Of a DNA stretch of 64,000 bases, positions 22,491-31,954 are shown in pieces. Within the stretch, counting starts at the first letter, position 1. Every line of letters begins with the position of its first letter. The translations under genes were made by a program, and so were the position numbers. The stretch comes from an uncultured Armatimonadetes bacterium (GTDB lineage: Bacteria; Armatimonadota; Hebobacteria; Hebobacterales; Hebobacteraceae). The DNA lies in contig OY970296.1 of NCBI GenBank assembly GCA_963716175.1, forward strand, positions 3,168,001-3,232,000. Direction: 5' to 3'. The notes below the pieces were generated by a model. It was not told the origin of the DNA. It was given only the letters and a program-made list of their open reading frames with translations, and did no database searches.

Positions 22491-22614
22491 AGCCTGACAA
22501 AGACTGGTCCGGGCAGAGCATGAACGTGGACCGCGCGTGGTGGTTCGGTTCGCTTGATGTCTGGTGGCTCAGGCCTTAGACGAGGCGCGCTAGCTAGCGC
22601 GCCTCGTCTGCTTT
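22491..22614 (+). ncRNA. Candidate structured sRNA or attenuator leader
   Basis: Begins just after the promoter; long irregular hairpin (GCCTGA 22492-22497 / TCAGGC 22569-22574) followed by a perfect palindrome. Confidence 0.4.
22578..22614 (+). terminator. Strong hairpin, likely terminator
   Basis: Perfect 32-bp palindrome AGACGAGGCGCGCTAGCTAGCGCGCCTCGTCT then GCTTT. Confidence 0.55.
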
Positions 22615-22814
22615 GGCCGCTTGTCTGCGGTCGGGCCGGGAGAGGAGGTGAGAGAAGGGGATTGGCGCGCAGTATCAGGCCAGGCGTTGTCTGTTGGGCA
22701 GGAGCCCCTAGGCTGCCTGAGGCGGCCGGGGTGGCGGCCGGCGAAACAGGCTTAGCCACTTGCCTCCTGCCGTGGGCGGATCGCTGTTCCAGGCGTGAGG
22801 AGGGAAGGGGAGGT

Positions 22815-23862
22815 ATGATCAAACAGAGGAAGGGCTTCACCCTGATCGAGTTGTTGGTAGTGATCGCGATCATCGCGATCTTGGCGGCGATGCTGTTCCC
22901 CGTGTTCGCACGCGCGCGAGTCGGCGCGCAAGATTCAGTGCCTGTCCAATGTGAAGAACATCGCCATGGCCATCCAGATGTACCTGGCGGACTTCGACCA
23001 GTTCTTCCCGCTCGAGCACGACAGGGCCGCTGCGGACTTCTTCAACGCCTTTGGCGCCAGCCAGGGTCGCTACGACGAGGCCTGGCCGAGCGTGTGCAAC
23101 CATGCTCGCCAGGCGAATCCCTACCTGCGGGAGCCGGTCGTCCTGGATGAGTACACCAGGAACCGTCAGGTGTGGCAGTGCCCGAGTGCGAAGCTGGAGT
23201 ACGGCCCAGGTTACATCTGCCCTATGGGCCGTGGGGGCTGGTGGGTCAACAATTACATTGACCACCCGAACTTCTATGATGACTGGATGGCTCCGCCCTG
23301 CACGATCGCCTACCCCACAGGTTGGGGCGGCAGCGTCACCGACTCCTTCGTGCAAGGAATGTGTCAAGACGCCGAGGCGGGCGGGTTAACCGCCACCGCG
23401 AAGGAGAGTATGTTCGCCGAATCCATCGGGATCAACGACAACATGCACTGGTCGAAGCCCGCTACTGTGAGCGATGCCGCCCACTATATCACGTGCGGCG
23501 AGTGTGGCTCGGGCGGTCTGTGGGGATCGCACTTCCTGGCCTACCCGGATCTGTGTTATGGATCGTCTCCCTGCGGCCTGCCGGACTGTCCTGAGGCCTG
23601 CACCGCAGATTGGGTCAACTGCGCGTGGACCCAGGCCTGCGGGCTGGACACTGAGCATAAGTGGATGTTCTATAGCGACGCGAACTTTCGCAAACAGTAC
23701 ACCCGGCATCTGGGCGGATCCAACGTTGGCTTCCTGGATGGGCACGCGAGGTGGTATCCCGCGGAGACGATCATCTTCCAGAATGGGCCATACGACTGCA
23801 CAGTCTTCGAGGGCCTGGCAACCGGGTGCTGCTGGTATCCGTTGCCGCCGCAGTGCCAGTAG
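22815..23862 (+). CDS. Prepilin-type N-terminal cleavage/methylation + H-X9-DG protein (DUF1559-like); 2-bp frameshift at (CG)4 22911-22918
   Basis: [29 protein letters not shown]; C-terminal RHLGGSNVGFLDGHA; GGAGG RBS. Confidence 0.9.
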
Positions 23863-23929
23863 GCGCTCTGTGCGAACAGTGACGCAGGCAAGCGAGCGGG
23901 GTCCGCTGCGGCGGGCCCCGCTCTGTCCT

Positions 23930-24811
23930 TCAGGCCTCTACCGCGGCCTTCCTGCGTTCCCGATACTGGGCTGGGGTGCAGGCGTACTGCTTGACGAAAA
24001 CTCGGTGCAGGTGGCTGTCGTCCACGAAGCCGGCCTCGGCCGCGATCGCGGCCACGGAGCGGTCGGTGTTGAGCAGGCGGTGAGTGGCATAGGATAGGCG
24101 CGCCCGCAGGCCGAAGGCCCCGAAGCTGACCCCCATGGTGTGGCGGAACAAGTCCTGGAAACGCGATCCACTGAGCCTACAGGCCGCTGCCGCCTCCGTC
24201 ACTTCCACCCTGCGCCAAGGCAGGGAATGAACCAGATTGAGGGCCGGCATCAGGCGTGCCAGACTGCTGAGGCGAACCGGTCCGGGCGTCCTGGGCAGCC
24301 TGCTCAGGTCCCAACCGCGGTGCAGCTCGATCAGCAGGCGCAGCAACTCCAGCCGCACCGCGCTTTGCCAGTGCGGCCGCGCCTCCTCGATCTCCCCGCG
24401 CAGCACCTGCCCAATCGCCAGCACCCGCCTGCGCATTTCGGGGGAAGTCACCCGCGGCCGCTGGGCTGGAGGCACCGAGAACAGGGTCAGCCACGGCACC
24501 TCCCCCACCAGCTCCTCTCCGATGAACTCGGGGGCGAAGAGCAGGACCAGGTTGCGAGTACCCGCCGATTTCGCGAACCCGTGGGGCTCCCTGGTGCCGC
24601 AGAGCCACACGTCGCCCGGCCTGCAGGTGAGCTGGTGGTCGCTGAACTCGATCCGCTCCTCTCCAGCCAGCAGCAGGCCCACTTCGACCTCAGAGTGGAG
24701 GTGAATGTCTAGGGGAAGCGGATGCTCGGTGAAGATCGCCTCGGCGTACAGCCCGCGCGCGCCGACCAAAGGTTGCCCCTGCCTGGGCGAAGCGAACGAG
24801 TATTCAGGCAC
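23930..24811 (-). CDS. AraC family transcriptional regulator
   Basis: Cupin HLHSEVE..PH; C-terminal double HTH (AEAGFVDDSHLHRVF..TPAQYR). Confidence 0.93.
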   Translation of the reverse strand: MPEYSFASPRQGQPLVGARGLYAEAIFTEHPLPLDIHLHSEVEVGLLLAGEERIEFSDHQLTCRPGDVWLCGTREPHGFAKSAGTRNLVLLFAPEFIGEELVGEVPWLTLFSVPPAQRPRVTSPEMRRRVLAIGQVLRGEIEEARPHWQSAVRLELLRLLIELHRGWDLSRLPRTPGPVRLSSLARLMPALNLVHSLPWRRVEVTEAAAACRLSGSRFQDLFRHTMGVSFGAFGLRARLSYATHRLLNTDRSVAAIAAEAGFVDDSHLHRVFVKQYACTPAQYRERRKAAVEA

Positions 24812-25102
24812 TTCACCTCTCCGACGGCACTACCAGGCTGTACCAGAACCCAGCCGAGTGCGGTGTCTCGTCGCCCGGCAACGTTGATGCAGCCCGACTG
24901 AGAGCTTCACCAGGCTCCACCAGAGCAGTAGGATAGTACAGGAAATCCGTATGTTTGTACAGCCTGAAATGAGGTCCGGGGTGGTAACATGGGCGAGCGG
25001 CATCGAGATGGAGCGTGCCTGACCGAAAGGAGGTGATGGGAGCAGCGCTGCCTTGCAGTGCAGTCTCAAGCAGACGGGCGATGTCTGCGAGGAGGTAGTG
25101 CC

Positions 25103-26155
25103 GTGAGCAAGCGACGGAAGGGCTTCACCCTGATCGAGTTGTTGGTGGTGATCGCGATCATTGCGATCCTGGCGGCAATGCTGTTCCCCGTGTTCGCGCG
25201 GGCGCGGGAATCGGCCCGCAAGATCCAGTGCATGTCCAATGTCAAGAACATCGCCATCGCGGTGCAGATGTACCTCACCGACTATGACAAGTTCCCTGGC
25301 GGTGAGCACGCCGCAGACGCCGAAGCCTACTTCGTGAATGCCCCTGGCGGCGGGCAGGACGCCCCCAGGGAGGACTGCAACCACAAGACTCATGCCAACC
25401 CCTACCTGCGGTGGCCGGTGGTTTTCGACGAGTACGTGAAGAACCGGGATGTCTGGCGCTGTCCCAGCGCCAAGCTGGTGAAGGGCGTTACGGTTGTCAT
25501 CACCGCCCAGCCGGGCTGGCTCCAGTACTGGCAGAACCACGAGGGCCTATGGGGCCGCAGCTCTGACTGCAATGGCGGCGGCCCTTGCGGGGTAGCCTGG
25601 CCCACCGGCTGGGGCGGGAGCATCACCGACTCTATCGTGCAGGGAAGATGCGCCACCGCCGATACCGGTACTTTCGAGCAGAGCATCGGGACCGCTACCG
25701 GTCTGGCGGACATGAAGACCTCTCAGATAGACGATCCCTCCTGGACCGTGATCTGTGGTGATGCCGGCGGCCAGGTGGAGATCTCCAGCCCCACCATGCT
25801 CGCCTTCCCGGATGTCTGCGCGCTGAATGGCTGCGGCACTTGCTGCTACAGCCAGCCGGCCGAGATCGGCTGCTGCGCGGGAGACTGGGCCAACTGCCCC
25901 CTCTCTCCGGAGCAATCCTGCCTGGACTACAACCTGAAGCTCAAGTTCTGGACCGATCCCAATCTCCGCAAGCCGTTCGCTCGCCACCTGGGCGGCGTCA
26001 ACGCCGGCTTCGCCGACGGCCACGCCAGTTGGATGGCGTCTGACGCGATCATTGCCAACGCGCCCAGCTCGAACGACTCCAGCGCTGGCAAGATTCGCGG
26101 CATCGGGTGCGCCTGTCTTCCTCCGCCGCCCGGACAGCTGGGCCCGAACCAGTAG
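25103..26155 (+). CDS. Prepilin-type N-terminal cleavage/methylation + H-X9-DG protein (DUF1559-like)
   Basis: [34 protein letters not shown]; [15 protein letters not shown]; AGGAGG RBS. Confidence 0.93.
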   Translation: MSKRRKGFTLIELLVVIAIIAILAAMLFPVFARARESARKIQCMSNVKNIAIAVQMYLTDYDKFPGGEHAADAEAYFVNAPGGGQDAPREDCNHKTHANPYLRWPVVFDEYVKNRDVWRCPSAKLVKGVTVVITAQPGWLQYWQNHEGLWGRSSDCNGGGPCGVAWPTGWGGSITDSIVQGRCATADTGTFEQSIGTATGLADMKTSQIDDPSWTVICGDAGGQVEISSPTMLAFPDVCALNGCGTCCYSQPAEIGCCAGDWANCPLSPEQSCLDYNLKLKFWTDPNLRKPFARHLGGVNAGFADGHASWMASDAIIANAPSSNDSSAGKIRGIGCACLPPPPGQLGPNQ

Positions 26156-26186
26156 ACGAGCTGCAGAGTACGTAACTTAACGAATG

Positions 26187-26214
26187 GGCGGAGTCCGCCT
26201 CGGCGGACTCCGCC
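26187..26214. terminator. Hairpin between convergent genes (REP-like)
   Basis: GGCGGAGTCCGCC-TC-GGCGGACTCCGCC; same core as 41676-41720. Confidence 0.55.
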
Positions 26215-26242
26215 GGTTTCCGTCTCCGCACCGGGAACCGTC

Positions 26243-27959
26243 TCAGGGAGCGAGCCGCGGCCGAAGTCCTGTCTCCAGCGCGGGTGGAGGGTGGTTCGCC
26301 ACCGCCACGTAATCGCCGCGCTCTGCCAGCACCGACAGGCCGGGCAAGGACTGCTTGAGCGCCGGCACGAATCTCCGGTGGGTGAGGGCGCAGGCCGGGG
26401 TGGGGGAGGAGAGAAACCGCACTAGCCCCGCGAACTCGCCTTCCGTCTCTCCCAGGTCCACGATCGGTCGCCCCAGGTAGAAAACTGTGGCATTCCGCTT
26501 CGCGTAGTAGATCCCGACTGGCTCCGATGACGGCAGCGCGCTCGCCAGCAGCAGCGCCAGCTCTTTCCGGGGCTGCGCCTGGATCATCGCCCGCCGCGGC
26601 ACGAACCAGCCGACGTTCACCATCCCCGCTAGGAGCATGGCGCCCGCCAGCGCGGGCGCCACTACTACCCGGCGGAGTGGCGCCGCCACCGCAGCCACCA
26701 GTGAACCCGCGCCGATCGCCGCCAGCATCACCACTGGCGACCAGCCTGGCGTCCAGTCCCCGTACCTGGCTAGCGCCTGGTGCAGCCAGGGTGGCATGAG
26801 GGCCGCAATCACGGCGCCCGCGCCGCAGAGCGTGCCCACTATGCCGAGGGTGGCGAAGCCGGCCGCCGCCCAACCTCGACTCAGAGTGTGTCCCGCCAGC
26901 CACTCGTCCAACCAGGCGCCCACCAGGAGGGCCAGGGCGGGGAAGGCCGGCGCCAGGTAGTGGGCCAGCTTGGACTGTGGCAGGGAGAAGATGACCAGCA
27001 CCGCCAGGCTCCACCAGGCCGCCAGCCGCAGCACGTGGCCGCGATCGGGCTGGCGGAACGCGTGCACCAGAGCCGCCGGCAGGAACGCCACCCAGGGGTA
27101 GAAGTAGATCGCCAGATACATCAGGTTGCCCCATGCGGGCTGAGTGCGGGCCAGCTCCCCCTGGAGGTGGCCGAAGTGCTCTCCCAGGAAGAAGGTGGCG
27201 AAGAACCGGGGCTGGTGGACCAGCTCGTATCCATACCAGGGCCCCGCCACCGCCAGCATCAGCGCCGTCCCGGACAGGAGGCGCGCCTGCGCGAGCACCG
27301 TTCTCAGCCGTCCTGCCGCCGCCAGGTAGGCCAGGGCGCCACACATCACGACCGCCACCGGCACCGGCCCTTTCGCCAACAGCGCCAGGCCCAGCAGCGC
27401 GTAGCCCGCGAGATAGCGCCACCGGTTTCGATGCGGCGGCGCCTGCGTGGCAAGATAGAACAGGAAGAAGCGCGGCCGTGAGCGCCGCGGTGAGGGGAAT
27501 GTCAATCGAGGCCTCCCGGGAGATGTCCATCCACATATAGCACAGCCCCAGCGCCAGCCCCGCCAGGAAGCCCGCCCGCCGGGTCAAGGTGCGCGCGCCG
27601 AACCAGTAGGTGAGCACCACAACCACCACGCCCCAGAAGGCTGATCCCAACCGCGCGGCGAACTCAGTAGGGCCGAACAGGCGGAGAGCGGCCGCCATCA
27701 GCCAGTAGATGAGAATCGGTTTCAGCAGGAAGGGCTGCCCATTGAAATAGGGAGTGCCGAGGTCGCCTCTGGCCAGCATCTCGCGGGCCCCCGCGGCGTA
27801 GTAGGCTTCGTCGAAGTCCTTCAGCGGTGTGAGCCCCAGGCGCCAAGAGTAGAGAGCGCCGCACGCCACCAGGAGGATCAGAGGGCATAGCATGCGGCGC
27901 CAATCGCGCTTCCTGCCGAGAGATAGCTTGGTAAGGCAGTCTCCGCTCGCCGATGCCAT
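26243..27959 (-). CDS. ArnT/GT39-family GT-C glycosyltransferase; frameshift near 27470 (alternative start 27893)
   Basis: DFDEAYYAAGAREM, KPILIYW, EFAARL, LAKGPV, SKLAHYLAPAFP. Confidence 0.88.
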
Positions 27960-28132
27960 GGCCTTATCGTTCGTATATCCGTGCTGCTATGAGATAGGAA
28001 ACCGGCCCCGCCCGACCATGCCATGACCCTATCATTCGTATATCCCATCTACAATGAGATAGGAAACCGGCCCCGCCCGACCATGTCATGACCCTATCAT
28101 TCGTATATCCCATCTACAATGAGATAGGGAAC
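27958..28132 (+). repeat. 65-bp tandem repeat of the GT2 gene start (copies at 27958, 28023, 28088)
   Basis: ATGACCCTATCATTCGTATATCCCATCTACAATGAGATAGG recurs at a 65-bp period; first copy is diverged. Confidence 0.9.
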
Positions 28133-29649
28133 CTGCCTCGCCTTCTGCCCGAGACCGGCCGCATCGCCGCCGGCCTGGTGTCAGACTATGAGGTGGTGCT
28201 GGTCAATGACGGCAGCACGGACGGCAGTGGCGCTCTCATAGACCGGCTGGCCGCCGAGTTCCCCCACGTGCGCGCCTGCCACCACACTCGCAATCGCGGC
28301 CTGGGAGCGGCCGTCGTCACCGGCCTCTGCCAGAGCAGCAAAGAGCTAGTTCTCTACATGGACTCCGATTTCCCTGTCAGCGCCGAGGAGGCGCGGGAGG
28401 CCATTCGCCGGTTCACCCCGGACTGCGATCTCCTCATCGGCTACCGGGTGGGGCGGGCTGAAGGCCCCCGCCGGGAGCTGATGTCCTGGACCTACAATCG
28501 CCTCATCCGCTGGACCTTCGGCCTGCGGGTGCGCGATGTCAACTTCGCCTTCAAGCTCATCCGCCGCTCCCTGCTCCAGCAGATGCGGCTGCGCTCCGAG
28601 GGTTCGTTCATTGACGCCGAGTTGCTGCTGGAGGCCAGTCGCCTGGGGGGCCGCATCCAGGAAGTTGGGCTTCGCTATCACCCCCGGGTGGCGGGCGTTT
28701 CCACCGCGGCCAGCAGCCGCGTGGTGGTGCGCATTCTGGGCGAGGCGTTGCGCTACTGGGGCCGCCAGCGGGCCGGGGCCCTGGGTCCTGCTGGCGTGAT
28801 CATCAACGCCGACGACTTCGGCCTCTGCGCCGCCGTCAACCAGGGTGTGGTGCAGGCCTTCGACCATGGGGTAGTGACCAGCGTCAGCATCCTGCCTACA
28901 GGCGAGGCCTTCGCGCAGGCCGCCGAACTGGCGCGCTCTCGGCCAAGCCTCGACCTGGGGGTGCACCTCGCCCTCACCCAGACCAGGCCCCTCTCCCCGC
29001 CGGAGGCCGTGCCTTCTCTGGTCAACAGCCGGGGTGAGTTCGCGCCGAGCTGGCCTGCTTTTGTCGCTCGCTACCTAAGGGGAGGAGTCCGCAGGGACGA
29101 GATCGAGGCCGAGCTGCGCGCGCGCAGATCGAGCGCAGCTATCAGGCCGGGCTGAGTGTCTCCCACCTGGATAGCCATCAGCACCTGCACGTGCTCCCTG
29201 GCATCCTGCCGTTGGTGACCAAGCTGGCGGCCGAGTACGGCATCGGCGCCCTGCGCTATCCCTGCCAGAGGCGGAGATGGGCGGCCATCGGCGGGCCGGG
29301 CCGCCTTCGCCGGCAAGTGGAAGGGAGAGCGTTGGCCGCGGTCTGCCGCCTGGGGGCGACTCGCCTGAGATCGAACGGTCTGCTACTCACCGACGATTTC
29401 CGGGGCTTCGGCGAGGCTGGGGCCTGGGACCGGGAGAGCCTCTCGCGCGCCGTCGCCAGCCTCGACGCGGGTCTCACCGAGATCTGCTGCCACCCGGGCG
29501 CCGATGACCGCATCGCCCATCGCTTCCCCTGGGGCTACCGCTGGGAGCAGGAGCTGGCCGCTCTTACCAGCCTGGAGGTAGCCACCGCGGTGGCCGCCAG
29601 CGGAGTGACGCTCACCAGCTTTCGCGACCTGCTGGCCAGAGGACGCTGA
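28088..29649 (+). CDS. GT2 (polyprenol-phosphate sugar synthase-like) fused to YdjC/ChbG/HpnK deacetylase; 2-bp frameshift at 29116-29125
   Basis: PIYNE, VNDGSTD, YMDSD; then IINADDFG, GVHLAL, HLDSHQHLH, EICCHPG. Confidence 0.87.
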
Positions 29650-29725
29650 CCCCCGCTGCTCGCCCCCTCGCCCCGGAGTCCCAGGGGCCTTGTCACAGGC
29701 CAGGCAGGCGCCTCAGCTACCTCAG

Positions 29726-30688
29726 CTACCTCAGCTCAGTGTCTGCGCCCATCTCGAGATTCACCTTCGCCTGAGCGCCGGCGGGGGTGGGGGCTACCAT
29801 CTCCATCGAGACCGCGACCAGCTCCTTCACCCTACGCCCGGCCTGATAGTCGAACCACGTCGTCACCTGGGTGCGGCCCGACTCTCGCAAGGCGGGGGAT
29901 TCCGCCTGCTCCGGCCCCATCGGCATGCTCAACTTCCAGGGCGCCACGGCCTCGATCTTCGCGCACTCGACTCCGTTGATGGTCTCAAAGCCGACCAGCG
30001 TGGAGGTGGTCTGCACCGGGAACTTCAGGTGGGCCAGCTGCTCCTTCGCCTCCGCCGGCATGGGCGCGCCCAGCATCTCCGCGATCGCCGCCGGATCTAC
30101 CATCATCTTCCACTCCCAGGATTCGCCCACCGACACTGACTTGTCCGGGTACAGCGGCTGGCCAAAGGCCTTGACCGCCTTGTCCAGCAGCTCCCCCAGG
30201 TTGATCTTCTGCCCGCCGGGGCCGGGTATGGGTGGCAGCAGCTTGTCCAGCCCCGTGATCGCCACCGGCTTGCCCCGCTTGCTTATCACCATCTCGATGG
30301 GAAGCGCGGGGAGCTTGATCAGTTGCGGCGGGCCCCCGCCGGGGCCCTGAATGGCCACCTGCACGTGCAAATCGGCCACGTCGAGCTTGACATCGAAGGA
30401 CTCGATCTGAGTCCCCATCGTCAGGTCCCCGTTCTCGGCCACACTTGTCACCCGCTCCAGGGTCATCGCCCTTCCCTCGAGCCGTGGGCTCACGACGAGG
30501 TTCGACTCCTGAGCCAGCGGCACGGCGATATCCATCGTCATGTTGAACTTGGACTCATAGCGGGAGGCGGTCCCCGGCGTACCCTTCAGCTCCAGTCTCA
30601 CCGATTCCGGCGCCGCCCATCCCGCCGCCACCACGGCTGCGAGCAGCACCCACATCAGCACTATCGCCAACCCTCGCCGCATCTGCAT
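29726..30688 (-). CDS. Secreted hypothetical protein
   Basis: Signal peptide, GAAGGAG RBS, beta-rich 320 aa with PDKSVSVGESWE motif. Confidence 0.7.
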   Translation of the reverse strand: MQMRRGLAIVLMWVLLAAVVAAGWAAPESVRLELKGTPGTASRYESKFNMTMDIAVPLAQESNLVVSPRLEGRAMTLERVTSVAENGDLTMGTQIESFDVKLDVADLHVQVAIQGPGGGPPQLIKLPALPIEMVISKRGKPVAITGLDKLLPPIPGPGGQKINLGELLDKAVKAFGQPLYPDKSVSVGESWEWKMMVDPAAIAEMLGAPMPAEAKEQLAHLKFPVQTTSTLVGFETINGVECAKIEAVAPWKLSMPMGPEQAESPALRESGRTQVTTWFDYQAGRRVKELVAVSMEMVAPTPAGAQAKVNLEMGADTELR

Positions 30689-30714
30689 TCTCCTTCCAGT
30701 AGTTGCCTTCGCCC

Positions 30715-31278
30715 TTATTCCGACACCGACGGAGCAAACCCCTTGGCGATCCCTCGCATCCGCTCTGCCGCCGCCGCCATCTGCGCGGCATCCAGCAACC
30801 GCTCGATCATAGGGAAGACCAGCCTGTTCTCCTTCTCGATATGTCGCGTCAGGAGGTCGAGGCTGGCGCTCACCACCGCCTGCAGCCCTTCCGTGGAGTA
30901 ACCGTTGGAGCTTCCAGCCCGCCCCATGGCCCCGAGCAAGCTCATCATCTCGCGCATGCGACTGCGGAGCAGATGGTGGGCGCTCAGGTCATCATCCGCC
31001 GCCTCCCCAAAGAACTGAGACAGGATGTCAACCGCGGGCGCGCCCTCCGCCACTATCCTTCGCACCTCCGGGTACAGCCCCTCCTCCTCCTTGCGGAAAT
31101 GCAGCAGCAGGCGCTGTCGCATGGCCTCCAGTCGGGCCCGTATCTCTTTCTCTGCTTGCGGCCGGGCCTGCTTGGCCGCGGTCGCGCCTGCGGCCACCGC
31201 CGCCGCCAGCTCGCGCATGCAGGCCAGCCCGGCCTCGTGCTCTTCCCGCAGTTCCCCCGTCGCTGACTTCTCACTCAT
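30715..31278 (-). CDS. Hemerythrin-like (HHE) domain protein
   Basis: LREEH, HFRKEEEGLYP, HIEKENRLVFP. Confidence 0.85.
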   Translation of the reverse strand: MSEKSATGELREEHEAGLACMRELAAAVAAGATAAKQARPQAEKEIRARLEAMRQRLLLHFRKEEEGLYPEVRRIVAEGAPAVDILSQFFGEAADDDLSAHHLLRSRMREMMSLLGAMGRAGSSNGYSTEGLQAVVSASLDLLTRHIEKENRLVFPMIERLLDAAQMAAAAERMRGIAKGFAPSVSE

Positions 31279-31384
31279 CGCGCCAGCTCCCCTTGGCAAC
31301 ACCACGCAGCTTGCGCCCCGCCACACGGCCGCCGGGCAAGTCTCCTTTCCTGGGACTCTCTGCTAGTCCTGCTGGCATCTGACG

Positions 31385-31458
31385 CTCCAGACGCGAGACC
31401 GCCCGGCATCTCTGCCGGGCGGCAAGCCTGGATTCACCTTGATCCAGCTGTTGGTGGT
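31385..31458 (-). ncRNA. Candidate sRNA antisense to prepilin motif (copy B)
   Basis: -10 TATCCT (31465-31470); seed ACCACCAACAGCTGGATCAAGGTGAATCC; 10-bp GC hairpin 31399-31422. Confidence 0.45.
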
Positions 31459-31591
31459 GAGAGTAGGATAGCCCGATTGTGTGTCGGGATCATTAACCCA
31501 ACCGCAAACTTCTGTGAGTTTTCCAGGCAGCATGGGGGTTCGGCCCCGCCGGTGGTCGCCGAAAGCACTGCCCCATGCCAGGCTGAGGGCG

Positions 31592-31662
31592 TCCCAAACG
31601 CGCAGCCGCCCGGCGTGTGCCGGGCGGCCACCGCACTTCACCCTGATCCAGCTGTTGCTGGT
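31592..31662 (-). ncRNA. Candidate sRNA antisense to prepilin motif (copy A)
   Basis: -10 TATGAT (31669-31674); seed ACCAGCAACAGCTGGATCAGGGTGAAG; 10-bp GC hairpin 31605-31628. Confidence 0.45.
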
Positions 31663-31835
31663 GCCATTATCATAGGCCACAGCCATGTCCGTACTGTGAA
31701 GGCAAGACCAACCTTCTGTGAGTTTTTGTGCCATTGAGGGCTAAGTACCATGTAGGATTTCGGTCACATGGCCGACATCCGTGACACAAATGGTAGTACG
31801 CAAACCTGTGGACCTGTGGTATATAGAGTCGGCGG

Positions 31836-31915
31836 TCACCACCAACAGCTCGATCAGACGTATCAACCGCCCGAACAGCTCTGCTAGGGGTCACCCATGC
31901 AGAGCTGTTCTGTTT
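31836..31915 (+). ncRNA. Candidate sRNA antisense to prepilin motif (copy C)
   Basis: Seed TCACCACCAACAGCTCGATCAG after TGGTATATAGAGT; 12-bp hairpin 31873-31910 followed by TGTTT. Confidence 0.4.
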
Positions 31916-31954
31916 GTGCCAGGTCAGCCGCGGAGGTCGCGAGCAGGCCCCAGG

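Noticed and set aside
22491-22574. SRP, 6S or tRNA gene
   Set aside because: No SRP GGAA-loop motif, too short for 6S, no cloverleaf. No tRNA or rRNA was recognised anywhere in the window.
29711-29739. CCTCAGCTA repeated about three times at a gene end
   Set aside because: Short slippage duplication around the stop codon with no evident function
31385-31730. CRISPR array, or intact pilin genes
   Set aside because: Only two 204-bp units and no cas genes in the window. Sense-strand FTLIQLL frames stop within a few codons and have Q in place of the conserved E5.
31363-31734. 123-aa minus-strand ORF with an internal repeat as a real protein
   Set aside because: The repeated residues map exactly onto the DNA box, the antisense prepilin motif and the hairpins; no clear RBS. 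Not fully excluded.
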